Positions 1 to 9,252 of a stretch of 64,000 nt of DNA are shown piece by piece. A program made the position numbers and the translations under genes. The stretch is from Myxococcota bacterium (lineage in GTDB: Bacteria; Myxococcota_A; UBA9160; UBA4427), in the NCBI GenBank assembly GCA_965250285.1, contig OZ252299.1, forward strand, positions 5,280,001 to 5,344,000, in the 5' to 3' direction. Under the pieces are notes generated by a model, which was not told the origin of the DNA, ran no database searches, and was given only the letters and a program-made list of their open reading frames with translations. Position 1 is the first letter of the stretch; every line of letters begins with the position of its first letter.

Positions 1-1
1 T

Positions 2-1630
2 CGAGAGCTTGGGGCCGCGATCGCGACCGAGCAGCAGGTCGTACGCGACCGGGAAGAACGTCTTCGGCTCGTGGGCCGTGCCGTCGCAGATCGTCTTCAA
101 CGCGTCGATCAGCGCGGGTTCGTCGATCTTCGGGTTCTCTTCGAGCACGGCGACGAGTCGCTCGATGACGACGCGATCGTCGCCCTGCAGATCGCGCGAC
201 ACCGCCGCGTCGCGGATGCGGTAGCGAAAGTCATCGGGCGCGAACTTCTCGATCCAGTTCCAGGCGCACTCGGCGCGCTGGTCGTGAAGCTCGGCCTCTT
301 CGGCCGTCGTCACGGCGCCGGTCGATTCGTAGTGCGCGCGGCTGCGCGCGATCTCGCCGTCGAAGATCTGCAGAATCATCGTCAGCCCGCGAAACGGCGG
401 CACGAAGGGCGGCTCGGTCCCCGGTTCGATGCGATCGCCGGCGCCCGATGCGAGCTCGAACGTGCGGCGGGCGATCTGTCGTTTCTTGTCGTTCTTGCTG
501 CCGTCTTCGGCCTCGTGAGCGAGCCGGCGGGCGCGATCGTAGTCTTCGTAGAGCTTGATCACGTCGAGGTCGAACGAAATCTGAAACTCGCTGCCGGGTC
601 GCTGACTGGCGAAGATCCAGCGCAGCATGTCGGGCTCGTAGATCTCGAGGCAATCGGCCACCGTGACGGCTTCGCCCGCCGAGCTGCTGATCTTGCCGCC
701 TCGGCCCTTGATGCGAACGAAGTCGTAGGCGACGTACTCGGGCGCGTGGAAGTCGTAGATGTCGGCGACGATCTCGCTCGCGGTGTCGTAGCTGCCGCCG
801 GCCGACGAGTGATCCTTGCCGCCCGGCTCGAAGAGCACCTGCTCTTCGTTCCATCGCATCGGCCAATCGACGCGCCACGGCAGCTTCACGTCGCCCCCTT
901 CGCGCAGGTCGACGACACCCTCGTGGCCGCAGGCGCGGCAGTGCATGCGAACCCGCCAGCGCTTCGGGTCGTCCTGGGTCGCGCCGTCCCCGTCCCACTC
1001 GAAGTCGATCTCGTCGCTGCCGCACTGCTCGCAGAAGCCAGCCAGGGGGAGCCAGCTCTCGGGGAGCGGCTGCTTGCGATGCTGATCGAGGATGCGTCGA
1101 ATCTCGGCGCGACCTTCGAGTGCCTGGACGATGCCCTCGGCATAATCGCCCGCGCGGTAGCGCTTCGACTGGCGGATGAACTCGGGCTCGATGCGCAGCG
1201 GCTCGATGCTGCGCTCGAACTGCTGGATGTGGTGAGAGGCGTAGCTGTCGGTCTCGCCGAACGGGTCGGGCACGTCGGCGACGCTGCGCCGCAGGTTCGC
1301 TTCGAGCATCGCCTGCTCGGGCATGTCGACGGGCACCTTGCGGAAGACGTCGAAGTCGTCCCACGAGTAGATGAAGCGCACGTCGAGGCCGCGCGCGCGG
1401 AGCGCTCGCGCGACCAGGTCGACGGTGATCACCTCGCGAAAGTTGCCCACGTGGATCACGCCCGACGGCGTAATGCCGGCGGCGACGGTGAATCGGGTCG
1501 CTTCGGGGTTGCGCTCGTGCGTGCGGCGCGCCGCGATGTCGGCCCAGTGCGAGTAGTAGCGGTCGCCATCCACCTTCGAGAGCGGCTGCTTCGGCTTCTT
1601 TTCGGCGGACGTTTTCTCGTTCTTCGACAT
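2..1630 (-). CDS. lysS: Class I lysyl-tRNA synthetase (3' end runs off the window)
   Basis: Absent from the ORF track because there is no stop in the window. Manual translation from ATG 1630: MSKNEK...HWADIAARR...AAGITPSGVIHVGNFREVITVDLVARAL...SWDDFDVFRKVP...FCEQCG...GGKISSSAG. HIGH-like HVGN, KMSKS-like KISSS, CxxC. Confidence 0.93.
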   Translation of the reverse strand, partial: MSKNEKTSAEKKPKQPLSKVDGDRYYSHWADIAARRTHERNPEATRFTVAAGITPSGVIHVGNFREVITVDLVARALRARGLDVRFIYSWDDFDVFRKVPVDMPEQAMLEANLRRSVADVPDPFGETDSYASHHIQQFERSIEPLRIEPEFIRQSKRYRAGDYAEGIVQALEGRAEIRRILDQHRKQPLPESWLPLAGFCEQCGSDEIDFEWDGDGATQDDPKRWRVRMHCRACGHEGVVDLREGGDVKLPWRVDWPMRWNEEQVLFEPGGKDHSSAGGSYDTASEIVADIYDFHAPEYVAYDFVRIKGRGGKISSSAGEAVTVADCLEIYEPDMLRWIFASQRPGSEFQISFDLDVIKLYEDYDRARRLAHEAEDGSKNDKKRQIARRTFELASGAGDRIEPGTEPPFVPPFRGLTMILQIFDGEIARSRAHYESTGAVTTAEEAELHDQRAECAWNWIEKFAPDDFRYRIRDAAVSRDLQGDDRVVIERLVAVLEENPKIDEPALIDALKTICDGTAHEPKTFFPVAYDLLLGRDRGPKLS

Positions 1631-1765
1631 GCCGGTCTCGTGGGGCGAACACGCGCGCATCGCGTCGATGCGCGCTGAGAGCGGGGTTCTAGCGAAATGT
1701 CCCTTCGGACGCGAACGCAGGCGCTTCGCTAGCTTTGCCCCGCCCACACGCCGTGGAGAGAGCGC

Positions 1766-2710
1766 ATGAGCCAGCACCGAATCGAACGCAGCCAAGCCCC
1801 CGAGCCGCTTCGGCGCCGGCGCGGCCAGGTCGTATCGGCCGCGCTGCTCGCGGTCGCCCTGTGCACGCCCGCACTCGCCCTCTGCGCACCCGGGCTCGCG
1901 CGTGCGCAGGCGCCCGCGCTGCGTTTCGTCGAGCTGGGGGAGCCCGACCGGGTTCTGCCGCTCGCGAAGCTCCGAGAACGCTGCGGGACGCGCGAGGTGA
2001 TCGTCGACGACCCGTACTACCACCGAGAGATGCGATTTCTCGCCGTCCCGGTCGCGTGCTCACTCGAGCACGGCTTTCAGCGCGACGCGGCCGAGCTCGC
2101 GCAGAACTCGTTTCTGCTGCGGGCGCTCGACGGCTACACCAAGCCGGCCAGTGGAGAGGTGCTCGTCGAGTCGGGGGGCTATCTCGCGTTTGCCGACGCG
2201 ACGCTGACCGACGTCGAGGCCGACCCGATCGAGCCTCGTTTCGATCCCATCGATCGGCGCCAGGTCGATCCAGCGCCCTTCTACATGGTCTGGACGGGCG
2301 TCCCCCCCGACGAGGCGCACGAGAAGCCCTGGCCCTATCAGCTGGCGACCATCGAGATCGCGTCGCTCGAGCGCGCCTTCGCGCGGGCGGCGCCGAGCGG
2401 GGTGCCGCGCGACGACGCCGCGTGGCAGGGCTTCGAGCGGTTCGTGGGCGAGTGCATCGCTTGCCATGCGATCAACGGCGAGGGCGGCCGCGTCGGGCCC
2501 GAGCTCAACGTGCCCCAGAGCATCGTCGAGTACCGCGATCCCGAGCAGCTGAAGCAGTTCATCCAATCGCCGCAGAGCTTCCGCTACACGAGCATGCCGG
2601 CGCACACGCATCTGAGCGACGCCGATCTCGACGAGCTGATCGCCTACTTCGTCGCGATGAGCGAGCGCAAGGACGATCCGGCCACGCGCGATGGCGGAGA
2701 CCACGAGTGA
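1766..2710 (+). CDS. Exported c-type cytochrome with an N-terminal domain resembling an oxidoreductase molybdopterin-binding fold
   Basis: Signal-like N-terminus; CIACH heme motif; distal Met in 'TSMPAH'; N-domain motifs ALDGY, PFYMVW, WPYQL. Confidence 0.75.
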   Translation: MSQHRIERSQAPEPLRRRRGQVVSAALLAVALCTPALALCAPGLARAQAPALRFVELGEPDRVLPLAKLRERCGTREVIVDDPYYHREMRFLAVPVACSLEHGFQRDAAELAQNSFLLRALDGYTKPASGEVLVESGGYLAFADATLTDVEADPIEPRFDPIDRRQVDPAPFYMVWTGVPPDEAHEKPWPYQLATIEIASLERAFARAAPSGVPRDDAAWQGFERFVGECIACHAINGEGGRVGPELNVPQSIVEYRDPEQLKQFIQSPQSFRYTSMPAHTHLSDADLDELIAYFVAMSERKDDPATRDGGDHE

Positions 2711-3456
2711 GCGGTCGCCGCATCGACGCCGCGACGACCGAGGCGCTGCGCGACGCGCTGCGCGAAGGGGACGTCACGATCGTCGTCCCCCTCGGCTCGA
2801 CCGAGCAGCACGGAGCGCACCTGCCGCTCGGCACCGACACCCTGATTGCAGATGCCCTGGCCGATCGTCTCTGCGCTCGTCACCGAGAAATCTGGGCGCT
2901 CCCCGCCCTGGCGCTCGGATGTGCCGACGAACACCTTGGCTTCGTCGGCACGATGAGCCTGGGCGAAGCCACGTTGCACGCTGTTCTGCTCGATGTGCTG
3001 CGCAGCGCAGCGCAGCACGGGTTCGCGCGCGCCTTCGTGTTCAGCGCCCATGGCGGCAACGCGGGCGCGCTCGATCGTCTGGCGCCGAAGCTCGCCGACG
3101 AGCACCTCGCGCTCGGCGTGCACGTCTTCAGCGATCTCGACGCCGTGGTCGAGGCGCAGGCCAGCGTCGCCGCCCGCTTCGATGTCTCGCCCGAGGCCGC
3201 CGGTCACCACGCGGGCGAGTGGGAGACATCGGTGGTGGCTGCACTGGCACCCGGGTCGGTGCATCTCGACCGAGCCGAGCCGGGCATCATCGAGAAGCCT
3301 GACGACGTGCAGTCGCTCTTCTATCCCCGGCTCGACATCCACGCCCCGAACGGCGTCGTCGGCGATCCGCGCGGCGCTGATCCGGCCCGGGCCGAGGTCT
3401 ATCTGGCAGCGTGGGTTGACGTGCTCGACCAAGCCTACGCGCGTGCGTTCGGCTAG
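2707..3456 (+). CDS. Creatininase/MftE-family amidohydrolase
   Basis: PLGSTEQHGAHLPLGTD, SAHGGN and HHAGEWETS motifs; GTG start overlaps the upstream TGA (GTGA). Confidence 0.88.
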   Translation: MSGRRIDAATTEALRDALREGDVTIVVPLGSTEQHGAHLPLGTDTLIADALADRLCARHREIWALPALALGCADEHLGFVGTMSLGEATLHAVLLDVLRSAAQHGFARAFVFSAHGGNAGALDRLAPKLADEHLALGVHVFSDLDAVVEAQASVAARFDVSPEAAGHHAGEWETSVVAALAPGSVHLDRAEPGIIEKPDDVQSLFYPRLDIHAPNGVVGDPRGADPARAEVYLAAWVDVLDQAYARAFG

Positions 3457-3517
3457 CGAGGCTCTGCAGAACTCGCTCCACGCATGCGAGCGCTGCGCTG
3501 TAGTGGAAGCGTCCCGA

Positions 3518-3635
3518 GGCCGGGGCAGGCGGGGGGACCGCGCGCAGTTCGCAGGCGCGACGTGCGCGACAAACGAGCTTCCCAGGCCGGTCGCGCCGAG
3601 AATGTCTGAGCACGGTGCCCCCGCCTGCCCCGGCC
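3518..3635. repeat. 118 bp imperfect hairpin between convergent genes
   Basis: GGCCGGGGCAGGCGGGGGGACCG (3518-3540) matches the reverse complement of 3613-3635 at 22/23; inner stem GGCGCGAC/GTCGCGCC. Confidence 0.8.
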
Positions 3636-3694
3636 CTGGCAAGGCAGACCGTGCAGACGTTTCCGAGCCAGTCGGCGCGACGACGCGCCGGGCC

Positions 3695-4444
3695 TCACTC
3701 CGACGTGCCTCGGCCCGGGAGGCGGTAGAAGCGCGCATACGCGAAGACGACCCAGCCGCCGTAGTAGAGCTGGTTTGGGACGACGCGGAGCGCCCACCCC
3801 GCGTCCCAGCCGAGCCCCAGGATCACGAGGTCGGCGCTGGCCCAGAGCGCGTAGTAGCTGGCGCTGTAGCCGGCCAGCGCCCGCAGGTAGGCGGCCGTTG
3901 CATCGTCGACGTCGAGGCGAGCGACCCAGACGCGACCGAGTGCGATGGCCAGAGCCAGGAAGCCGAGCTCATAGATCACCCAGAGCGTGTTGGCCGGTAG
4001 GCTCGGCAGCGCGAGGCCGAGCACGAGGTCGAGCGTCCCCGCGAAGATCGGGATGACGCAGGTGAGGCCCGCCGCGCGAGCGAGGGCGGGGCCGATCGGC
4101 TGTGCGCCGTCGCGCGAAGCCAGCGCCGCGACCCCCAGCAGCAGGCCGAGCACGCGGAAGTCGCCGAGCCAGACGAACACGAACAGGATCGCCGATCCGC
4201 CGAAGCCGTCGTAGACGCCCAGTGCGCGCACGAGCGGACCCGTGGCCCACGGGTCGATCAGCGTCTCGAACGCGAAGAGCAGCGTCCACAGCGCGACGAA
4301 GGGGCTCGCGACCCCGCTCACGGCACGTTCGTGCGCCGTCGACACCGCGGCGCGCCAGGCGAGGAACGCGAGCGGCAACGCCTGCAGCAGAATGACCGAC
4401 TGCGCATTGCTGCGGTAGAAGTCGGCGAAGCTCTCGAAGGGCAT
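3695..4444 (-). CDS. Hypothetical multi-pass membrane protein
   Basis: MPFESFADFYRS...; about 7 hydrophobic segments; starts 5 nt after the carF stop. Confidence 0.8.
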   Translation of the reverse strand: MPFESFADFYRSNAQSVILLQALPLAFLAWRAAVSTAHERAVSGVASPFVALWTLLFAFETLIDPWATGPLVRALGVYDGFGGSAILFVFVWLGDFRVLGLLLGVAALASRDGAQPIGPALARAAGLTCVIPIFAGTLDLVLGLALPSLPANTLWVIYELGFLALAIALGRVWVARLDVDDATAAYLRALAGYSASYYALWASADLVILGLGWDAGWALRVVPNQLYYGGWVVFAYARFYRLPGRGTSE

Positions 4445-4449
4445 CGGGT

Positions 4450-5166
4450 TCAGCCGGCCTCCCGCTCGGGCTGGGCCGTGATGCGCCACCCCGCCCGTGC
4501 GAGCCCCGACTCGACGCGCCGAAAGAGCCCGATGCGGTCGAGCACCGGGTTCAGCCAGCCCGTCGTCACGCAATAGGCGCGGTCGTGTCCATGGGCGTGG
4601 TGCTCGGCATGCGACTCGGGCGGCAGAATGAGCCCTGTGCGTTGCAGACGCTGCACGGTGCGGGGCGGGCTCGCGGCATGGGCCCATGCGTGAAGCTGGT
4701 TCGTGGCGAAGATCGCGAGCGCGAAGACGAAGGTGAGCACGGCGATCCCCTGCCCGAAGAGAGCGGCGCCGTCGATGGATCCGAGCGCGAGCAGCCACGC
4801 CGCCAGCGGCAACGTCACGAGGCCGTTGTTGCCGCTCACCTCGAAGAAGTCGTGGCGACTCATCGCGGCTGGATCGCGGTGATGCTCGCGGAAAGGCTCG
4901 ATCAGCATCGGCCCCAGGACCGGCGTCTCGGGATCGAGGTAGCGATCGGCGAACCAGTGGACGCAGCCCGATGCGAGGTCGGCGAGCACCAACGCGATCG
5001 GCGCTGCGAGCAGCGCGAGGCATGCGAGGCGAAGCGGCTCGATCGAGGTCGCGAGGTGCCAGGCCACCGCGCCCCAGGCCACGACGAACGCCGCGACCGA
5101 GAGGCGGTCGACGCCGCGCAGCCAGAGCGCGCGCGGTTCGTTCTGCGGGTTCGTCCGATCGATCAC
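4450..5166 (-). CDS. carF: CarF/PEDS1(TMEM189)-family plasmanylethanolamine desaturase
   Basis: DLASGCVHWFAD, PFREHHRDP, TNQLHAWAH, HAEHH and YCVTTGWLNP are the family His motifs; GTG start is approximate. Confidence 0.9.
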   Translation of the reverse strand: MIDRTNPQNEPRALWLRGVDRLSVAAFVVAWGAVAWHLATSIEPLRLACLALLAAPIALVLADLASGCVHWFADRYLDPETPVLGPMLIEPFREHHRDPAAMSRHDFFEVSGNNGLVTLPLAAWLLALGSIDGAALFGQGIAVLTFVFALAIFATNQLHAWAHAASPPRTVQRLQRTGLILPPESHAEHHAHGHDRAYCVTTGWLNPVLDRIGLFRRVESGLARAGWRITAQPEREAG

Positions 5167-5286
5167 ACCGGGCAGGGTACCCCGGCCCGCGAGCGTCGAC
5201 AGCGCGGCACCTGGGTGCCTCGCGCATCGGTGCCCGGGTCGCCCCGGCGTGCGATCATGCGGCTTCGCTTCAGGAGGTCCGACCCG

Positions 5287-7164
5287 ATGCCGTCTATCGC
5301 CCCGTCCTCGGCCTGTTCCCGCTCGATCGGCGCATCCGCGCGTCCGTTGGCGGTCGCACTCGTGGCTGTGTTCTTCGCGCTCGCGTGCGGCGACGACCCT
5401 CCGCCGCCGAAGCCGATCGTGAAGGCGCCCGCGACCGTGCGGTCCACTGCGCTGGGCGACGTGGTCGGCTTCGAGAGCGAAGCCGGTGCCCACGTCTGGC
5501 GCGGCATCCCCTTCGCGCAGCCGCCGGTCGGCGAGCTGCGCTGGCGTGCTCCGCGCGCGCCCGAGCCTTGGGCGGGCACGCGCGAAGCGCTCGAGTTCGG
5601 TCCCTCTTGCGTCCAGTTCTCTGGGCCCGCGGGCGGCGACCCGGGCGACGAGGACAACTGGATCAAGGGCAGCGAAGACTGCCTGTATCTCAACGTGTTC
5701 GCACCGCCGATGGAGCCGGGCGCGGTCCTTGCGGGCGACGAAGCGCTGCCGGTCATGCTGTGGATCCACGGTGGTGGCAACACGATCGGTGATGCGCAGG
5801 TCTATGACGCCAGCACGCTGGCCGTCGATCAGCAGGTCGTGGTCGTGAGCGTGCACTACCGGCTCGGCGCGCTGGGTTGGCTCTATCACGAGGCGCTGCA
5901 CGGCGACGACGCCACGATCGACGATCGATCGGGCAACTACGGCACGCTCGACAACGTCGCGGCCCTCGAGTGGGTTCGCGACAACATTGCGGCCTTCGGC
6001 GGCAATCCGAATCGGGTCACCGTGTTCGGTGAGTCGGCGGGCGGCACGAACGTGTTCGCGCTGCTCCTCACGCCGCGGGCGGCCGGTCTCTTTCACCGCG
6101 CCATCGTGCAGAGTGGCGGCGGCTGGTCGGTGCCGATTGCCGAGGCACGCAACCCGGTCGACGCGACGCCAGCCGGGCACGAGCACAGCGCGAGTGAGCT
6201 GCTCTACATCGTGCTGCAGGCCCAGGGCCAGGCGGATGATCGCGACGAAGCCAAGGTCAAGGCGAAGGACATGAGCTCGAGGGCGATCGCGCAGGCGCTC
6301 CGCTCGGCCACCCCCGAGCAGCTGCTCGAGCAGCTCGGCGGCGAACGTCTGGGCGGCATGTACTCATGGCCAGGCCTGATTCGAGATGGCGCCGTGCTGC
6401 CCGACGTCACGACACTCGAGGCGATCGTGGCCGGGCGGTACAACGCCGTGCCCACGATCTTCGGAACGAACCGCGACGAGAACAAGCTGTTCATGGCCTT
6501 CGGCTCCGACGACATCACGCGGATCGGGCCCATGCCGCTCTGGTTCAACAACGAGCGCATGTACGATCTCTCTTCGGAGTACGGCGCGAAGGGCTGGAAG
6601 GCGCGCGGCGCCGACGAAGCCGCCGACGCCATGGCGATCTCGGGCCGGAGCCCGGCCTGGGTCTACCGCTTCGACTGGGACGAGCTCGGCCGCTTTCTGT
6701 GGGTCGATCTGTCGAGGTTGATCGGCGCGGCTCATGCGCTCGAGCTGCCCTTCATGTTCGGCACGCTGAATCTCGGCCCCGCGAGCGACTACGCCTTCCC
6801 CGAAGACAGCCGACCGGGTGCCCGCAAGCTGGCCGACGAGATGATGGGCTACTGGGGGCGCTTCGCGCGTACCGGTGACCCGAACGGCGCCGGCGCACCG
6901 GTCGAGTGGCCCGCCTGGCAGGCCGGCGCGGGACAGTTTCTCGTCTTCGACTCGGATGCGGGCGGCGGTCTGCACGTGTCGAGCGAAACCGTGACCCGGG
7001 AGAGCGTCATCGCCGCCGTGGCCGAGGACGACCGCTTCGAGACGAACGCCGAGCGGTGTCGCGTCTACGGTGAGATGGTGGTGTTCGGTCGCTACCTCGA
7101 GGAAGACCGGTACCGGTCGATCCTCGATGGATCGTGTGCCGAGGTGCCGCTGCCGGCCGGGTGA
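5287..7164 (+). CDS. Carboxylesterase type B, probable lipoprotein
   Basis: AGGAGG RBS; lipobox-like ALAC; SEDCLYLNV, WIHGGG, GESAG, GAAHALE. Confidence 0.92.
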   Translation: MPSIAPSSACSRSIGASARPLAVALVAVFFALACGDDPPPPKPIVKAPATVRSTALGDVVGFESEAGAHVWRGIPFAQPPVGELRWRAPRAPEPWAGTREALEFGPSCVQFSGPAGGDPGDEDNWIKGSEDCLYLNVFAPPMEPGAVLAGDEALPVMLWIHGGGNTIGDAQVYDASTLAVDQQVVVVSVHYRLGALGWLYHEALHGDDATIDDRSGNYGTLDNVAALEWVRDNIAAFGGNPNRVTVFGESAGGTNVFALLLTPRAAGLFHRAIVQSGGGWSVPIAEARNPVDATPAGHEHSASELLYIVLQAQGQADDRDEAKVKAKDMSSRAIAQALRSATPEQLLEQLGGERLGGMYSWPGLIRDGAVLPDVTTLEAIVAGRYNAVPTIFGTNRDENKLFMAFGSDDITRIGPMPLWFNNERMYDLSSEYGAKGWKARGADEAADAMAISGRSPAWVYRFDWDELGRFLWVDLSRLIGAAHALELPFMFGTLNLGPASDYAFPEDSRPGARKLADEMMGYWGRFARTGDPNGAGAPVEWPAWQAGAGQFLVFDSDAGGGLHVSSETVTRESVIAAVAEDDRFETNAERCRVYGEMVVFGRYLEEDRYRSILDGSCAEVPLPAG

Positions 7165-7246
7165 GGCGGGTTGCCGTGGTCGGCGCTTCGGCCGGGCCGT
7201 CCTCGGGCTCCGCTCCCAGTATGCGAACCGGTTTTCCCGCCTCCGT

Positions 7247-7705
7247 CTATCCCTCAGTCGGACCCGCGCCCCCGAGAACCCTCCAGCGGGCGGTGGCCGA
7301 GGTCAGCACCTCGCCGCTCGCAGCGTCGCGGATCTCGCCTCGCACGTAGACGTCGCGTCCGTCGACGCGGTCGGGGCTGGCCCAGATGACGATGGGGTCT
7401 TCGGTGGGGACCGGGCGCTTGTACTGCAGCGCAAAGTCCGCCGTGACCATGGGCTTCTCTTCGTCGTCGAAGGCGCAGTGGGCGGCGACGCCCATGACTT
7501 CGTCGAGGATCGTCGCCTGGATGCCGCCGTGGATCACGCCCGGCACGCCTCCGAAATGCGACGCGGCCTCGTAGCGGCACTCGACTTCGCGGGGACCGGT
7601 TCGAACGAACTCCAGCTGCAGGCCGCGTTCGTTGTGCGGACTGCATCCGAAGCAGGCGTTGTCGGGGTCGTCGAAGCTCGTGGGAACGCCCTGCTCGAGC
7701 CGCAT
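7247..7705 (-). CDS. PaaI-family hotdog thioesterase
   Basis: CFGCSPHNERGL and HGGIQATILDE motifs. Confidence 0.88.
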   Translation of the reverse strand: MRLEQGVPTSFDDPDNACFGCSPHNERGLQLEFVRTGPREVECRYEAASHFGGVPGVIHGGIQATILDEVMGVAAHCAFDDEEKPMVTADFALQYKRPVPTEDPIVIWASPDRVDGRDVYVRGEIRDAASGEVLTSATARWRVLGGAGPTEG

Positions 7706-7760
7706 CTGCGCTCTCCTTGTTCCTCTTCGGTTCGTGTGTCCGGTCTACGCAAGCGGTCGC

Positions 7761-8264
7761 TCAGCGGGGCTTCTTCTCCGCGTCGCCGAGGACGATCATC
7801 AGCGTGGCGTCCCCGAGCGCGACGGCCTTGCCGCGATCGTCGGTCACGGTGCTCTGGGCGTGCACCACTCGCCGTCCCTCGTGAACGATCTTCGACTCGA
7901 CCGTCGCGCGGCCTTGACCGACCGCGCGCAAGTACTTGAGGCGAAGATCGACGTTCGTCATCACGCCGCGGGTCTCGCGCACACGCTGGTAGGTCTCGGT
8001 CATCAACATGGCCTGGGTGATGCTCATGTCGACGAGCGTCGCGATCACTCCGCCGTGCATCTGGCCGTTCGGATTGCGGAGGTGGTCGACGAGGTCGACG
8101 CTGACTCGCGCGTAGCCCGGCGCCATGTCCTCGACTTCGAGGCCCATGTGCTGAAAGAACGGGAAGTCGGCTGCGAAGCGCAGCAGCTTCTCCTTCAGCG
8201 CGGCGTCGGTGGTCGAATCGGTCGGGGTCTGCGGGCCGTCGGTGTCGGGTGTGCGATCGGTCAT
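7761..8264 (-). CDS. PaaI-family hotdog thioesterase
   Basis: NPNGQMHGGVIATLVD motif. Confidence 0.88.
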   Translation of the reverse strand: MTDRTPDTDGPQTPTDSTTDAALKEKLLRFAADFPFFQHMGLEVEDMAPGYARVSVDLVDHLRNPNGQMHGGVIATLVDMSITQAMLMTETYQRVRETRGVMTNVDLRLKYLRAVGQGRATVESKIVHEGRRVVHAQSTVTDDRGKAVALGDATLMIVLGDAEKKPR

Positions 8265-8376
8265 GAGGGAGAGCGTTGTAACCGAATCGATGCGCCGCGG
8301 CCAGCCACGGCTCTGGGCTGCTTCAGAGCGCTCCTGGGGCGTCTGGGTGCCCGCTCATGTCGAAGAGGGGCGTGTG

Positions 8377-8904
8377 TCAGCAGGCCGAGGCGGCGTGTTC
8401 GGCGGGCTCGATATCACGGACGCGCTCGAGCAATCGCAGTCGCAACCGCAGTAGCTCGTGACCGTACTCGCGCGAGAGCTGCGTGTACGGGTTCTGCGCG
8501 TCGTTCGGAGCCCCACTGATCGAAGCCGCGAGCTGAGCGCGGATCTCGGCGATCGCCGCATCGAGCCACTCGCTCGCCGCGGGCAGTGTCGCGTCGTCGA
8601 GCATCGACACCTTCAGCAGCATCTGGTCGCGCACCGAGGCGTCGCTGTCGGGCGCGATCGCGAGCCAGCGTCGCAGCTCCTGCCGACCGCGATCGGTGAT
8701 GCGGTAGACCTTGCGAGCACGGCCGTTGTGAACCTCGGTGTCGTGAACGATGAAGCCGTCGCGCTCGAGCTCATGGAGCGCCGGGTACACCGACGCGTTC
8801 GTCATGGGGTACATCCACGAATACGCCTGCGCGACTTGCCGCAAGCGATAACCGTGCATGGGTTCCCAACTGAGAAGACCGAGGAGTGTGTGACGCACCG
8901 CCAT
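8377..8904 (-). CDS. PadR-family transcriptional regulator
   Basis: LLGLLSWEPMHGY, SVYPALHELERDG, RKVYRITDRG; start codon approximate. Confidence 0.9.
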   Translation of the reverse strand: MAVRHTLLGLLSWEPMHGYRLRQVAQAYSWMYPMTNASVYPALHELERDGFIVHDTEVHNGRARKVYRITDRGRQELRRWLAIAPDSDASVRDQMLLKVSMLDDATLPAASEWLDAAIAEIRAQLAASISGAPNDAQNPYTQLSREYGHELLRLRLRLLERVRDIEPAEHAASAC

Positions 8905-9252
8905 GACGCTCATCATCTTACACGGATCGCAGCGCGCTTGTCGGCGGCAACACATCGGCAAGGCCTTCTTCACGCAAACGACTGAGTGCGAAGTTGCGAC
9001 AGGCATCATGCAGCGAAGTCATGTGTGACTCATGATCGTGTCGTTGCAATTCGGCTTGCACGATGCGCGTGGATCGAAGCATTGGAGATCGGGGCTGCTC
9101 GCTCGATCTTTCAGGGCCTTTTCGCAATGCACACAGGTGAAACCCCGAAACGTCGAACACGCGTGGGTTCGATTCCCAGAATCTGCTTTCTTCGCTTGTG
9201 AGCCATCGATGAGCAAGCGTCTGACTCGGAAGCGAGGTGGAGTCAAAGCCCC

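Noticed and set aside
71..1678. 535 aa + strand ORF, and similar long antisense ORFs such as 38310-41360, 36265-38373 and 41423-43708
   Set aside because: Shadow ORFs opposite genes with clear motifs; expected in high-GC DNA; no recognisable domains.
1735..2706. N-terminal extension of the creatininase ORF (similar extensions on ORFs at 4585, 25476, 26732 and 53747)
   Set aside because: Low-complexity Arg/Ala-rich translation overlapping real genes; internal starts have an RBS or stop-start overlap.
2707..3456. Mycofactocin cluster (mftE)
   Set aside because: No mftA/B/C/D/F nearby; family membership alone is insufficient.
8905..9252. ncRNA or small ORF in the lower-GC padR-GNAT gap
   Set aside because: Only short palindromes (e.g. 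AGTCA-TGTG-TGACT); the ORFs lack an RBS and host codon bias; most likely divergent promoters.
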